From Gemmatimonadota bacterium (GTDB lineage Bacteria > Gemmatimonadota > Gemmatimonadetes > Longimicrobiales > Gaopeijiaceae): a stretch of DNA of 64,000 nt. Positions 52,865-62,904 of the stretch are shown here, in pieces. How positions within the stretch are numbered: the stretch's first letter is position 1; each line of letters opens with the position of its first letter. Below the pieces are notes generated by a model. The model saw only the letters and a program-made list of their open reading frames with translations, made no database searches and had not been told where the DNA came from. The stretch spans positions 4,545-68,544 of the forward strand of contig JAPPGM010000147.1 in NCBI GenBank assembly GCA_028874995.1. Reading direction: 5' to 3'. The translations under genes were made by a program, and so were the position numbers.

Positions 52865-54097
52865 TCATACGTCCTCCGGGAACAGTTCGCCCTGGTGCTG
52901 GCCGATCTCCGGAGGGAACCTGCGAAGTCCCGCCCGGCGCCCGTTCCACCGGACGGGCATCGGAACATCGACGTAATCCTCGATCGCGGGGTGCTCGCAC
53001 TTGCGCAGCATCCCGGCCGCGGCCGTCTGGGGATCGGCCAGCGCGGAGGCCACGGTGTGGATGGGGGCGGCGGGGACCTGGTGTTGGCGCAGAATACCCA
53101 ACAGTGCCTCGGTGGAAAACCGCCGTGTGCGCTCCGCGAGAATCCCCGCCAGCCTCTCCCGGTTCGCCACCCGGGACGGATTCGAGCGGAAGTCGGGGTC
53201 CTCCGCCAGGTCGATTTCGAGGGCGTCGCAGAGGCGCCGGAAGATGACGTCGTTGCCGGCCGCGATCATCACGCTGCCGTCGGTGCATGGAAACCCCTGG
53301 TACGGCGCGATCATCGCGAGCCCGGTGCCCATCCGTTCCGGCAGCGTCCCCCCGGCCAGGTAGCTCGTCATGTGGTAGGACATCCACGCGAGCGCGGTGT
53401 CCAGCAGGGAGACGGTGACGTGACAGCCGTTTCCGTTCTGCTCCCGGTCCATGACCGCGCCCATCACCCCGATCGCGATCCACATCCCCGTGCCCATGTC
53501 GACGATCGACGTGCCCACGCGGGCCGGGCCTCCCTCCGCGTCCCCCGTCACCGACATCAGACCGGAGCGCGCCTGCATGAGCGGGTCGTATCCCGGGTCG
53601 TCGGCGAGGGGACCCTCGGTTCCGTGTGAAGTGACCGACACGTAGATGGCTCCGGGGTTCGCCGCGCGCACGGCCTCGTACCCGATGCCCAGTCGCTCCG
53701 CCACGCCCCGCCGCAGCGCCTGGAGCACCACGTCGGCGCCGGCGGCGAGTTCGAGCGCCCTTTCGCGCCCCCGCGCCGTCTTCAGGTCCAGGACCACGCC
53801 GCGCTTGTTGCGGTTCACCACCTGGAAGAGGTGACTGTTTCCACCGACGAACGGAGGTCCCCACATGCGGGCGGGATCGCCGCCGGGCGGTTCCACCTTG
53901 ATCACGTCGGCGCCCAGGTCGCCCAGGATCTGCGTCGCGAACGGCCCCGCGAGGTTCTGCGTGAAGTCGAGGACGCGCAGCCCCGCCAGCGGCGACGGGG
54001 CGTCCCCTGGAGAATTGACGGATGTCACGTCGCGGGGGTCCGCGGCAGGCGGTTGAGCGCCGCCGGACGGCGTCATCCCGGGTTCGGACTGGAACAC
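52865..54097 (-). CDS. Family III CoA-transferase (CaiB/BaiF type)
   Basis: LAGLRVLDFTQNLAGPFATQILGDLGADVIKVEPPGGDP, NRNKRGVVLDLK and GYDPLMQARSGLMSVTG are typical CoA_transf_3 motifs. An alternative start is ATG 54076. Confidence 0.85.
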   Translation of the reverse strand: MFQSEPGMTPSGGAQPPAADPRDVTSVNSPGDAPSPLAGLRVLDFTQNLAGPFATQILGDLGADVIKVEPPGGDPARMWGPPFVGGNSHLFQVVNRNKRGVVLDLKTARGRERALELAAGADVVLQALRRGVAERLGIGYEAVRAANPGAIYVSVTSHGTEGPLADDPGYDPLMQARSGLMSVTGDAEGGPARVGTSIVDMGTGMWIAIGVMGAVMDREQNGNGCHVTVSLLDTALAWMSYHMTSYLAGGTLPERMGTGLAMIAPYQGFPCTDGSVMIAAGNDVIFRRLCDALEIDLAEDPDFRSNPSRVANRERLAGILAERTRRFSTEALLGILRQHQVPAAPIHTVASALADPQTAAAGMLRKCEHPAIEDYVDVPMPVRWNGRRAGLRRFPPEIGQHQGELFPEDV

Positions 54098-54226
54098 GCG
54101 GATCGTTGTACCTTGCTGGGGTATCTAGGGTGACGCTTCTTTAGAGGCACGGTCACGCAACAGACGGTTGGCTCGCCATCCACTCCGGACGGGAAACCAG
54201 CCCCGGCGCGGTGCCGTGATAGAAAT

Positions 54227-55147
54227 ATGGAGACGATTCGAATTCCGAACAGCGCGACGTACTCCCCCGTCTCGCTCACCGACCTGATGTTCGCGGCGCC
54301 GCTGGCGACCCGCCTCCTTCTCGGGGCCACGCTGCCCGGCCGCCTCGTGCAGGCCGCGGCCGCCGGTGCCTACGCGGGCTGCGTCCTCAGCGACTGGGCC
54401 AGTCGGCGCGGCGTGCGAAAGATCGACTTTCTGGCCACCTACGGCGCCGATGTCAAGCACATGGACGAGATGCCGGTGGCCCGGCGCGAGGAGGACGTTC
54501 AACGCTACAGCGAAGAGCTGATGCGGATCTACGAGCCCGTCGCGCGGAGCCGGTCGGCGGTCGCGGCCGACATCAACGAACGCCTCACCACGTACATCGC
54601 CGGGATCACCGGCCAGCGCGTGGAGACCAGCAGTTCGGTGCGTGAAATGACCCTGGCCCGGCTCATCATGCCCTTCGCTTCGGGAAGCTGCGATGTCCTT
54701 TCCGGGGATGTCGCCGTATTCCGCGCCACCGGCGTCTTCGAGCCGCACATCCTGGCCCACGAGTTCTGCCACCGGAAGGGCTACCTCAAGGAGCTGGAGG
54801 CCCAGGCGCTGGCCTACCTGGCACTGTCGCGCTCCCGCGATCCGCAGCTCCGCCAGTCGGCGCTGGCCGAACGGGTGTACCGGAACCTCCGCGTGCTCGA
54901 CAACGACGACCCCGCACGCTACGGCGAACTCCTCGAAGAGACGCCCCTGGACGGTCCGGTCCTCGAGGACTTCCTCCGCCTGCGCCCGCCGGACCAGCGC
55001 GCCGGCACCTTCGCGACCGCCATGAGGGAGCTGTACGACTCGCGCATGAAGCTGACCGGCCAGAACGGCCTGTCCGACTACGACCGTGGCTTCACCAACT
55101 TCCTGTACACCTACGAGCGTGGAGCGGAGGAGGGTCGGGTGGCCTGA
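54227..55147 (+). CDS. DUF3810-like putative zinc metallopeptidase (HExxH)
   Basis: 306 aa with ILAHEFCHRKGYLKELEAQALAYLAL, matching the HExxH...E.EA pattern of the DUF3810 family. The family call is from memory. Confidence 0.6.
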   Translation: METIRIPNSATYSPVSLTDLMFAAPLATRLLLGATLPGRLVQAAAAGAYAGCVLSDWASRRGVRKIDFLATYGADVKHMDEMPVARREEDVQRYSEELMRIYEPVARSRSAVAADINERLTTYIAGITGQRVETSSSVREMTLARLIMPFASGSCDVLSGDVAVFRATGVFEPHILAHEFCHRKGYLKELEAQALAYLALSRSRDPQLRQSALAERVYRNLRVLDNDDPARYGELLEETPLDGPVLEDFLRLRPPDQRAGTFATAMRELYDSRMKLTGQNGLSDYDRGFTNFLYTYERGAEEGRVA

Positions 55148-55149
55148 TC

Positions 55150-57150
55150 CTACAGGTACGGCCGCAGCCACCGGTCCACCGAAAAGACCAGCTCGAAGCC
55201 GTTCCCCGGCAGCCCCCACACGCCGTCGATCCGCAGGATGTCGTGCAGGGTCGACAGCCCGGCGCCCAGGTAGCCGCGCAACCCATCGGTGGCGGCCACC
55301 TCCCATTCATCGGCGAGCGACGCGGGGGTGGCTCCAACTGCGCCCGCACCGGCAAGCAGCCGTGCTGTCAACCACGCGGGCACAACGGATAGCGACGCCT
55401 CACCCCGGACCAGCACGAAGCGGCGTCCTCCGTACGTGCGGAACGGGTGGCCGGGAAGGGTGCCCCGTCCTCCCAGGAAGAAGTGGAGCTGGTGTGGCAG
55501 GACGCCCCCGGATGCGCCCGCTTCCACGGCCAGCCGGGCCTGGCGGCTGACGTCCTGGGTGGCCAGACGGGCGTCCACGCGTGCCCTGATCGTGGCGCTG
55601 CTGTTTCCATCCCACCGGCCCACGCTACCGGTCAGGCCGGTCTCAACACTCCAGGCGGGCACGGATGACCAGCGCATCGTGAACCCGCCGCTGCCGCTCG
55701 CGTAAGCTCCTTTCCCCACGGGGCGAAGCGGTCGCTGCCGGTCATCCGAGGCCAGCCCGGCGGACCAGGCGGTGCCGATGCCGTCGAAGTCCTCCCACGC
55801 CGCGCCGAGGTCAAGGCTCGCCCCGCCGTCTCCCGTCCGGTGCTCCATCGCCAAGCGCGCGCCGGTTGCGAAGTAGGGGTCGCTATAGTCGAGGTTGCGG
55901 AGCACCATCGAGAGGGTGTTCAGCGCCACCGACGCCCCGGACCGGGGTCCCGGATCGCGCAATTGCCGGGCGAACAGCTCCACCGTGCTGATCGTCCCCC
56001 CCCCGCCGGCCCGTCGCCCCCGCAACGTCGCCGAAGCCTTCCGGCTCGCAAACCCGTATCCCGCCAGCCCGTGGAGCTTGAGAGAGGGCCGGGGCGAAAA
56101 CGACGTTCCCATCCCCACGTGCACCCCCTCGGCCCGGTTGGCGCGCAGCACCGACGAGAACCGATCCGTGTATAGGCGGGTCTTCGGCAGCCCGCTTACC
56201 AGCTGCCGGCGAGCGATCCGCCTGGCCTCGGCTTCGAGCCGGGCCACGCTCACGGGTGAAAGTCCCTCCTCGGCCATCCGGTCCAGCAGGCCTTCCCGGA
56301 ATGCGGTGGAGTCGGCGGTGCCGTATGGGACCAGCGTCACCGGGGGTCCCAGAAAGAAACCCGGTTCGAGTTCGGGTTCGAAATCGTAGTTGCCCACCTC
56401 CAGGCTGGCCCGGATCACGGTTCCCACCGGGAGGTCGAACTCGGGCATCTCGCGCCGTACCTGCACCTCCTGCCGGTACGGGAGCCAGTAGCTGTCCTCC
56501 CACTGCGCCGGCTCCGGCCCGGAAAGGGGGCCACCCGGGCGGGGCAGCAACCAGGGGGCGTGCTCCAGCCGGACGTGGATCCGGTCGGTGCGGGGATCGA
56601 TGTATGAAGCCGCTGTGAAGCCGAACGACATCCGGGCCAGCGCCCCCGTTTCCTCCTCCAGGTAGACGCTGCCCACGAAAGCGGGCACGTCCTCGCTGCG
56701 GGGCCTGACCTCCACCTGATGGACCCGAATGGGGGCGGGCAGGGTCGGGACGGTCATCTGCAGCGTGCTGACGATCCGGTAGCGGTAGAGTGCCTCGCCC
56801 TCGGAACCGAGCGGGTGCGGCACGTCCCGCACATCGCGCCCCTGGCCGATCGCGATCCGGTCGCCGAAGCCGTTCTGAACCGCGGTCAGCCGGTCGACGT
56901 AGTAGCGGAAGTCCTTGACCGGCAAAAGTTCCTGGCGCCGCAGCCCGCGCACGATCTGGCGCGTCCGCCCGTCGCTGCTCCTGTAGAGGTCCACCGCCAC
57001 CTGGTCCACCCGCATCGGGACCGGATCACCGCCGTCGTCGCGCTCCAGGTAGAAGTAGATGTGTCCTTCGGCACGGGCCTGGTAGGCGACCGTGTGAGCG
57101 TATGTGGCGCCGGACGCTCTGAGTGCGCGCGCACGGTGAACCAGCGACAT
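55150..57150 (-). CDS. Omp85/BamA-superfamily (surface antigen D15-like) outer-membrane beta-barrel protein; the 5' end is problematic
   Basis: The C-terminal barrel carries HFFLGGRGTLPGHPFRTYGGRRFVLVRGE (Omp85 loop-6-like). The first canonical start is ATG 57150, but a signal-peptide-like segment (KRTLAQRRHLGFLVAVGVLLADAEA) is encoded in frame upstream with no ATG/GTG/TTG. Confidence 0.6.
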   Translation of the reverse strand: MSLVHRARALRASGATYAHTVAYQARAEGHIYFYLERDDGGDPVPMRVDQVAVDLYRSSDGRTRQIVRGLRRQELLPVKDFRYYVDRLTAVQNGFGDRIAIGQGRDVRDVPHPLGSEGEALYRYRIVSTLQMTVPTLPAPIRVHQVEVRPRSEDVPAFVGSVYLEEETGALARMSFGFTAASYIDPRTDRIHVRLEHAPWLLPRPGGPLSGPEPAQWEDSYWLPYRQEVQVRREMPEFDLPVGTVIRASLEVGNYDFEPELEPGFFLGPPVTLVPYGTADSTAFREGLLDRMAEEGLSPVSVARLEAEARRIARRQLVSGLPKTRLYTDRFSSVLRANRAEGVHVGMGTSFSPRPSLKLHGLAGYGFASRKASATLRGRRAGGGGTISTVELFARQLRDPGPRSGASVALNTLSMVLRNLDYSDPYFATGARLAMEHRTGDGGASLDLGAAWEDFDGIGTAWSAGLASDDRQRPLRPVGKGAYASGSGGFTMRWSSVPAWSVETGLTGSVGRWDGNSSATIRARVDARLATQDVSRQARLAVEAGASGGVLPHQLHFFLGGRGTLPGHPFRTYGGRRFVLVRGEASLSVVPAWLTARLLAGAGAVGATPASLADEWEVAATDGLRGYLGAGLSTLHDILRIDGVWGLPGNGFELVFSVDRWLRPYL

Positions 57151-57233
57151 CGTGGCCGAGTCGTCGAACTCCGCTTCCTGGCAGAAAACCGCCTCCGCGT
57201 CCGCCAGGAGGACGCCAACAGCGACCAGAAACC

Positions 57234-57473
57234 CTAGGTGACGTCGCTGAGCGAGAGTCCGTTTTTCCGCAGGAATGCCGCCAACCCCATCTTGTCGATC
57301 GACCGCAAGGCGGAAGTGGAGACCTTGATCCGCACCCTCTTCCCCAGCTCGGGGACGAAGATCCGCTTCGTCTGCAGGTTCGGCAGCTGCCGCTTCTTGG
57401 TCTTGTTGTGAGCGTGGGAGACGTTGTACCCGACGAGGGGCCGTTTCCCCGTGATGTCGCACTTGCGGGACAT
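57234..57473 (-). CDS. rpmB: 50S ribosomal protein L28
   Basis: MSRKCDITGKRPLVGYNVSHAHNKTKKRQLPNLQTKRIFVPELGKRVRIKVSTSALRSIDK is the canonical L28 sequence. 79 aa. Confidence 0.92.
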   Translation of the reverse strand: MSRKCDITGKRPLVGYNVSHAHNKTKKRQLPNLQTKRIFVPELGKRVRIKVSTSALRSIDKMGLAAFLRKNGLSLSDVT

Positions 57474-57523
57474 CGTGATCCTCCGTTCGTACCCCAGAGT
57501 CCGTGGATGATTCCGCGCGGAGC

Positions 57524-57694
57524 CTACTTTTCTTCCTTGAAGAGGACGTGGCGCCGCAGGACGGGGTCGTAGCGCCTGAGCTCCAGACGCTGGGGGTGGT
57601 TTCTCTTGTTCTTCGTGGTGCTGAAGCGATAGGGGCTCTCGGTGCTGGACATCTTGATGATGACCCGGGGGCCCTTGCCGGACTTCTTCGCCAT
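57524..57694 (-). CDS. rpmG: 50S ribosomal protein L33 (Cys-less form)
   Basis: [56 protein letters not shown] is the canonical L33 sequence with no CxxC zinc ribbon. Confidence 0.92.
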   Translation of the reverse strand: MAKKSGKGPRVIIKMSSTESPYRFSTTKNKRNHPQRLELRRYDPVLRRHVLFKEEK

Positions 57695-57786
57695 GATTCT
57701 CTCCTTCGCGGGCCCGCTGGATCTCACCGGCTTCCTCGACCCGGCGCTCGCCGGATCCGCCGTGGGCCGCCAGATAAGATAGCCCG

Positions 57787-57816
57787 TTGACCGCATTCGT
57801 CCAGTCGGAATAGAAT
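57787..57816 (+). promoter_or_regulatory. Candidate promoter TTGACC-N18-TAGAAT upstream of rpmE2
   Basis: It lies in the divergent rpmG/rpmE2 intergenic region, about 67 nt before the GTG start. Motif match only. The overlapping gaatagaatggttgttc is only weakly palindromic. Confidence 0.25.
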
Positions 57817-57882
57817 GGTTGTTCGCCAATACGGAACCCTGCACACGCGCCCGCCGCGGCAGCGAGACCCGGAATACCGGAA

Positions 57883-58134
57883 GTGAAGAAAGACATTCAT
57901 CCCAAGTACCGGCCCGTCGTCTTCCAGGACGTTTCCACGGGCTACGCCTTCCTTACCCGCTCCACCGTCTCGACCAAACGGACGATCCAGTGGGAGGACG
58001 GCAACGAGTACCCGCTCGTCACCCTCGAGATCTCGTCGTCGTCGCACCCGTTCTACACGGGCACCCAGCGCCTGCTTGACACTGCGGGCCGCGTGGAGCG
58101 CTTCCAGCGCCGCTACGGGATCCAGGAGGAGTAG
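57883..58134 (+). CDS. rpmE2: 50S ribosomal protein L31 type B (zinc-independent, YkgM-like)
   Basis: [63 protein letters not shown]... has the type B pattern ([13 protein letters not shown]) and lacks the CxxC pair of type A L31. Confidence 0.9.
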   Translation: MKKDIHPKYRPVVFQDVSTGYAFLTRSTVSTKRTIQWEDGNEYPLVTLEISSSSHPFYTGTQRLLDTAGRVERFQRRYGIQEE

Positions 58135-58312
58135 CAGCCGGAAGACGTCTCCCCGCCTCTTCGCGCCTGCAGGGATTCCTTTCTGGGGTATCGCAGATCC
58201 TCTGCGCGGCCCATGCAACCGAAGTGCCCGTCTGCCCGTAGTTTGTGAGAGCACCGGAGAGCTTGCGAGGTGCGGAACCGTCGATCGGTCAGGAGTCGAA
58301 ACGGGACAGGAC

Positions 58313-59548
58313 ATGAGAATATCGGTTGGTGTTTTGATCGGCATCGGGCTGGGGGTGTCACTCGCAATCGCGCGCCAGGCAGCCGCGCAGGACCGGCCGG
58401 TGGGCGCTGACTTCACCGACGTCTACCGCGTGGGGGGAGTGAATGCGCCGGAATGGGCACAGTTCACCAATCCCACCCGGATGGGGTTCGACGCCAAAGG
58501 CAACCTCTACCTTCTGGACCTCGGAGGGTTCCGTATCGTCGTGATCGACAGCGGCGGCAACCTGGTAATGACCGTCGGCCGCAAGGGGGAGGGTCCGGGA
58601 GAGTTCCGAACCCCCACCGATGTCGTGGTGTGGCGCGACGGCCGCTTCGGTGTGGTCGACATCGGGCACGCTGCGTATCAGTTGTTCACCCCGGACGGCC
58701 AGCTCGAGCGGTTCGTCAAAATGAGTTCGGCCGCTGGCGAGGCTGGAATAGCGGCGGCGCGGTGGGAGGTGCGGGCCGACCCGGCCGGCGGCGCGGTCAT
58801 AGCAGAGGGAGCCGGGTTCGGCGCAATGCTGGCCTCGGTCTTCATGGACGAGTTGGGCGGCGAGCAGGTTCATGTCGTCGGTGAGGAGGGGAAGTTGGAA
58901 CGGCTGGATCTGCGAGGTGACGTGGCTGTTGCGGAATCGATCGCGCGGGCAAGGCGAATCCCCCCTGATGAGGAAGACGCTCTCACCTTCGCACCCTCCG
59001 TGATCTGGGACGTGTTGCCCGACGGAACCATCGCCTACGTCGACTCCACTGCCTACGAGATCAGTCTGGTCGGGCCCGACGGGAGAACCAGAGGGGTGCT
59101 GGAACGAGCACTTTCCCCGGAAAGGGTCACAGCCGGAATTCGCTCGGCCCTGATTGAGCATGAGCTGGAGGAAATGGAAGAGGAACTCGAGGAACAGAGA
59201 GAGCGAATGGGCGACCAGTTCGCAGCGCTGTTCACCGACGAAACGTTGGATGGGTTGCGGGAAACCGTCGAGACGCAGGAGTTCTATTCCGAGATCCCCG
59301 TGTTGCGATCGCTGCGCGCAACCTGGGAAGGCTCGTTCTGGGTTCAGCGGCGCGGCGAAGAACCGTGGAACGACGGGGGGCCAATCGATGTTCTGGGGGC
59401 GGAGGGACAATACCGTGGTACTCTCCCGGCGGGTGATCCGGGGATGCCCAGGGCATTCGGACCGAACGGGCTGGTTGCGTTTGTGGAGCGGGACGAACTG
59501 GACGTGCCGACGATTGTGGTGAAGCGGTTGCCGGAGGAGGTGCGTTAG
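58313..59548 (+). CDS. 6-bladed beta-propeller (TolB/NHL-like) secreted protein
   Basis: ATG at 58313 ([26 protein letters not shown]). [41 protein letters not shown] is the hallmark motif. It is a paralogue of 5633..6835. Confidence 0.7.
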   Translation: MRISVGVLIGIGLGVSLAIARQAAAQDRPVGADFTDVYRVGGVNAPEWAQFTNPTRMGFDAKGNLYLLDLGGFRIVVIDSGGNLVMTVGRKGEGPGEFRTPTDVVVWRDGRFGVVDIGHAAYQLFTPDGQLERFVKMSSAAGEAGIAAARWEVRADPAGGAVIAEGAGFGAMLASVFMDELGGEQVHVVGEEGKLERLDLRGDVAVAESIARARRIPPDEEDALTFAPSVIWDVLPDGTIAYVDSTAYEISLVGPDGRTRGVLERALSPERVTAGIRSALIEHELEEMEEELEEQRERMGDQFAALFTDETLDGLRETVETQEFYSEIPVLRSLRATWEGSFWVQRRGEEPWNDGGPIDVLGAEGQYRGTLPAGDPGMPRAFGPNGLVAFVERDELDVPTIVVKRLPEEVR

Positions 59549-59586
59549 AACCGCCTACCCACCCCTCCCCTGCGGCCCTCGCACGA

Positions 59587-60387
59587 CTACCTGGGCCGTG
59601 CCTCCTCCACCTCCGCGTACGCGTCGTGCTCGTGGATCGACTCGAAGTTGACCACGTGCACGCGGAACCACGTCACCTGCTTCATCGCGCGGAGCCCCAG
59701 CGTCACCTCGCGCACCAGGTCCTCCACGAAGCGCGGGTTGTCGTAGGCCCGCTCCGTGACCCACTTCTCGTCGGCCCGCTTCAGGACCGGGTATAGGCCG
59801 CACGACGCTGACTCGTCCACCAGCGCCACCACGTCCTCGATCCAGAGTTCGGCTTCGAAGCGCGCCTGCACGGTGACCAGGCTGCGCTGGTTGTGGGCGC
59901 CCCGGGCGCTGATCTCGCGTGAGCAGGGGCAGAGCGTGGTGACCGGGACCTTCACCGTGAGCACGAAGTCGTCCTCGATCCCGCTCGACGCGTCGAAGGC
60001 ACAGTCGTAGGACAGCAGGCCCGCCGCGCCCGTGACCGGCGCCCGCTTTTCCATGAAGTAGGGAAAGGAGACGCGGAGGTGCGCGGTCTCGGCGTCCAGC
60101 CGTTCGCGCATGGTGCGCAGGATGTCGGGCAGCGCGTCCCCCGAAACGACCCCGTCGTAGGAGTTGAGGATCTCCATGAAGCGGCTCATGTGGGTGCCCT
60201 TGAAGTGGTGCGGCAGGTCCACCGACATGTCGATCGTGGCCACGGTGTGCTGCGCCACCTTCTGCCGGTCCTTCACGGCGATCGGGAAACGGATGTTCTG
60301 GACCCCCACCTTGGCGATGGGGACCTGGCGCCCGTCGGGGTTGGCCTGCACGTCGGCCAGGGTGGCCGTCTCGAAGGGTGCGTTCAT
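59587..60387 (-). CDS. folE2: GTP cyclohydrolase FolE2 (type IB, zinc-independent)
   Basis: Start at ATG 60387 (MNAPFETATLADVQ...). Motifs IAKVGVQNIRFPI, HHFKGTHMSRF, TLCPCSREIS and the C-terminal FESIHEHDAYA. Confidence 0.9.
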   Translation of the reverse strand: MNAPFETATLADVQANPDGRQVPIAKVGVQNIRFPIAVKDRQKVAQHTVATIDMSVDLPHHFKGTHMSRFMEILNSYDGVVSGDALPDILRTMRERLDAETAHLRVSFPYFMEKRAPVTGAAGLLSYDCAFDASSGIEDDFVLTVKVPVTTLCPCSREISARGAHNQRSLVTVQARFEAELWIEDVVALVDESASCGLYPVLKRADEKWVTERAYDNPRFVEDLVREVTLGLRAMKQVTWFRVHVVNFESIHEHDAYAEVEEARPR

Positions 60388-60755
60388 GATTCGTCCGGCG
60401 CGCCGGGGGTTTCCGGCTCGGCCCGTCGCTTCCTGTCTATGTGTCGCATCTTGTGTTTCACCGCGGCCGCCAGGTCGATGCCGCGGCTGTTGGCGAAGTT
60501 CAGCAGCGCGATGCAAACGTCGGCCGCTTCGTCCACGAAGTCGGCCTCGTCCACGTGTCGGCCCTTCCAGACCTTCTTCTCCAGGTTGGCGAGTTCGCCC
60601 GTCTCGCCGGCCAGTTCCAGGGCGAAGAACCGGGGTGGGCGGTGGGAGAAGGCGGCCTCCTGGTAGCGCCGGAACTCGGCTTGCAGTGTCGCGAGTCCGA
60701 AATAGCTGGCGGGAAGGAGGGCGTTGGCGGAGTCCGCGGGGATGTCGTCGTTCAT
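60384..60755 (-). CDS. MazG-like nucleotide pyrophosphohydrolase
   Basis: Start at ATG 60755 (MNDDIPADS...). ALELAGETGELANLEKKVWKG....DEAADVCIALLNFA is the all-alpha NTP-PPase EExxE...D pattern. The stop overlaps the folE2 start (ATGA). Confidence 0.7.
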   Translation of the reverse strand: MNDDIPADSANALLPASYFGLATLQAEFRRYQEAAFSHRPPRFFALELAGETGELANLEKKVWKGRHVDEADFVDEAADVCIALLNFANSRGIDLAAAVKHKMRHIDRKRRAEPETPGAPDES

Positions 60756-60834
60756 GGGCGAGGGCTGGCGTGGGTCGGGCGGCGGCTCCGCCCGTGCCGT
60801 GAAAAAATGCCACAACCGGGCCATATTGTCGAAC

Positions 60835-61389
60835 ATGGGCGACAAGGACGGAGGTTCGGACGGGAGACCTGTACGCGTCGGCATCGTGTCGGTGTCGGAC
60901 CGCGCGTCCCGCGGCGAGTACGAGGACCGCGGTGGGCCGGCGGTGCGAGAGTACCTAGCGGAGGTGCTGGTGACTTCGTGGGAAGCCGAGGGCCGGGTGA
61001 TTCCGGATGAGGCGGAGTTGATTCGCGCGACTCTGGTGGAGCTCGTGGACGACCTGGGGTGCTGTCTGGTGATCACGACCGGAGGGACAGGTCCCTCGCC
61101 CCGCGACGTCACGCCCGAGGCGACAGCGGCGGTGATCGAGAAGGAGCTGGCCGGGTTTGGCGAGGCGATGCGGGCGGTGTCGCGTCCCCACGTGCCTACG
61201 GCGATCCTGTCGCGGCAGGTGGCGGGGGTGCGGGGGAGAGGGCTGATCATCAACCTGCCGGGCTCGCCCAAGGCCGTGCGCGAGTGTCTGGACGCCGTCT
61301 TCGCGGCGGTGCCGGACTGCGTGGACCTGATCGGGGGGCCGTATCTGGAGACGGACCGGGCGCGCGTCGAGGCGTATCGGCCGCATTGA
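60835..61389 (+). CDS. mog: Molybdopterin adenylyltransferase Mog/MoaB family
   Basis: VGIVSVSDRASRGEYEDRGGPAV, LVITTGGTGPSPRDVTPEAT, GVRGRGLIINLPGSPKAV. Confidence 0.85.
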   Translation: MGDKDGGSDGRPVRVGIVSVSDRASRGEYEDRGGPAVREYLAEVLVTSWEAEGRVIPDEAELIRATLVELVDDLGCCLVITTGGTGPSPRDVTPEATAAVIEKELAGFGEAMRAVSRPHVPTAILSRQVAGVRGRGLIINLPGSPKAVRECLDAVFAAVPDCVDLIGGPYLETDRARVEAYRPH

Positions 61390-61402
61390 GAGCAGGTTCG
61401 TT

Positions 61403-61708
61403 GTGCGGTGTGCCGACCTGCAAACGGTGAAGACTCTCTTCGCCGTCGGGCTATCCCTCGCTGTTTCGACCGGCTGTCAGCCCGACAGCACCCCGTCGGC
61501 GCGGTCCGCCGGACCTTCGACCATCGGGGGAGGATGCGAGTGGATGGCCGCCTGGTGGCATCCGTTCGATTCGAATCCCTCGAGGACGCCCCGCACCCTG
61601 TCGCCGGGAACCTGTGGTATCGCTGTCCATCGTGATTCCGGAGGCGGTGCAGGCGGAGCGTGGACGGAACTGACCTTGACGTGTCCCCCCGGTTTTCGCG
61701 ACGATTAA
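61403..61708 (+). CDS. Small Cys-containing lipoprotein (hypothetical)
   Basis: Lipobox LSLAVSTGC. GTG start at 61403 or the alternative GTG at 61427 (VKTLFAVGL...). Moderately high GC3 and no recognisable family. Confidence 0.4.
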   Translation: MRCADLQTVKTLFAVGLSLAVSTGCQPDSTPSARSAGPSTIGGGCEWMAAWWHPFDSNPSRTPRTLSPGTCGIAVHRDSGGGAGGAWTELTLTCPPGFRDD

Positions 61709-61765
61709 AGGCTACGGTGCGTGCTACCTCCAGACACCACCCCCACACCCCCAGAGAATCACCGA

Positions 61766-62071
61766 ATGGCCAAGAAGGGCAAACTGCAGAAGAACGACCG
61801 CCGCGCGGAGCTGGTCGCGAAGTACGCCGAGAAGCGGCAGGAACTCACGAGCGTCATGAAGGATCCGGAGGCGTCGCCCGACGCGAAGCGGAAGGCCATG
61901 GCGTCGCTGCAGGCGCTGCCCCGCGACTCGGCAGCCGTCCGCTACCGCAACCGCTGCCAGATGACCGGTCGGCCGCGCGGCTTCATCGGCAAGTTCGGCA
62001 TCTCCCGGATCGCCTTTCGGGAGATGTCTCTGCACGGGTTGATCCCGGGCGTACGCAAGTCATCCTGGTAG
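61766..62071 (+). CDS. rpsN: 30S ribosomal protein S14, long Cys-poor (zinc-independent) form, located outside any ribosomal protein cluster
   Basis: [31 protein letters not shown]...[43 protein letters not shown]. 101 aa, with no CxxC...CxxC zinc ribbon. Confidence 0.9.
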   Translation: MAKKGKLQKNDRRAELVAKYAEKRQELTSVMKDPEASPDAKRKAMASLQALPRDSAAVRYRNRCQMTGRPRGFIGKFGISRIAFREMSLHGLIPGVRKSSW

Positions 62072-62848
62072 GGCGGGGGGGCTCCGGCCCTCCGGCAACC
62101 CGGTTTCGTCATCCGGGTGGGCGTATTCGGCAATCCGATCCGCCAGCGCTTCGAGTATCGTGCGGCGGCGCCCGCTGATCCACCGCATGATGCGACGGGC
62201 ACCGAAGTAGAGTCCGCCGATCAGGGCGATCGGGAACAGGACGCTGAAGAGTGTGGAACCGAGGATCTTGCCGCCCACGAAGATCCCGACGCCCAGCCCC
62301 ACTGCCAGTCCCCCCGCGCCAACCATGCCGCCGAAGAGATTGTCGGCCACCGAATGCAATTCCTCCGAGGTGTTGATTCGGGTTTCACCCATTCTTGACG
62401 ACACGGCGACATGGATGGAGCGGTTCCCCTCCTCCGCCGACTTCCAGGTGAGCGTGCGGCCGGTCGTCGAAACGCTTCCGGGTCCCAGCAAAGTGTGCTT
62501 GGCATCCATTTCCGCAGGGACCTGCCTGAAGTCCTCAACCGCGATTTCACCCGGCACGACCCGCTCCGTACGGATCGTCAGTGGTGTCCCTGCCAACCAC
62601 GCCCACCACACCTCCGGCTCCGACGTGATGGACACGTCCATCCGGGCCGCGGCGCGCTGGACGTAGGCGGGATCGATCCCCGCCTCGGCCGCCGCATCCT
62701 GAATCTGGGTCAGCGTGAGCCCTTCGCCGTGTCTGCCATGACCGCGCCCCTCCTCCTCTTCCTGAATCTTCGTGGCCAGCTCCAGCAGGCGGCGCACGGC
62801 CTCGTCGCCGTACCGGCGGGAAGGGGGGCGTCGGTCGTCGGATGCCAT
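62060..62848 (-). CDS. Hypothetical protein with a C-terminal Gly-rich TM pair
   Basis: 262 aa. Soluble N-part followed by [46 protein letters not shown]. Divergent from the NMO gene. Confidence 0.55.
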   Translation of the reverse strand: MASDDRRPPSRRYGDEAVRRLLELATKIQEEEEGRGHGRHGEGLTLTQIQDAAAEAGIDPAYVQRAAARMDVSITSEPEVWWAWLAGTPLTIRTERVVPGEIAVEDFRQVPAEMDAKHTLLGPGSVSTTGRTLTWKSAEEGNRSIHVAVSSRMGETRINTSEELHSVADNLFGGMVGAGGLAVGLGVGIFVGGKILGSTLFSVLFPIALIGGLYFGARRIMRWISGRRRTILEALADRIAEYAHPDDETGLPEGRSPPALPG

Positions 62849-62904
62849 TGCGCGTGGAGAGCCCGAGGTTCAGGAATGGGTATGCCCGCGACTACCAAGC
62901 TAAC

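Noticed and set aside
57234-57694. Calling rpmB and rpmG themselves zinc-regulated alternative paralogues
   Set aside because: Their sequences look like ordinary single-copy L28 and L33 (as in E. coli, which also has Cys-less forms). Without the rest of the genome I cannot say they are duplicates. Only rpmE2, folE2 and the isolated long rpsN are diagnostic.
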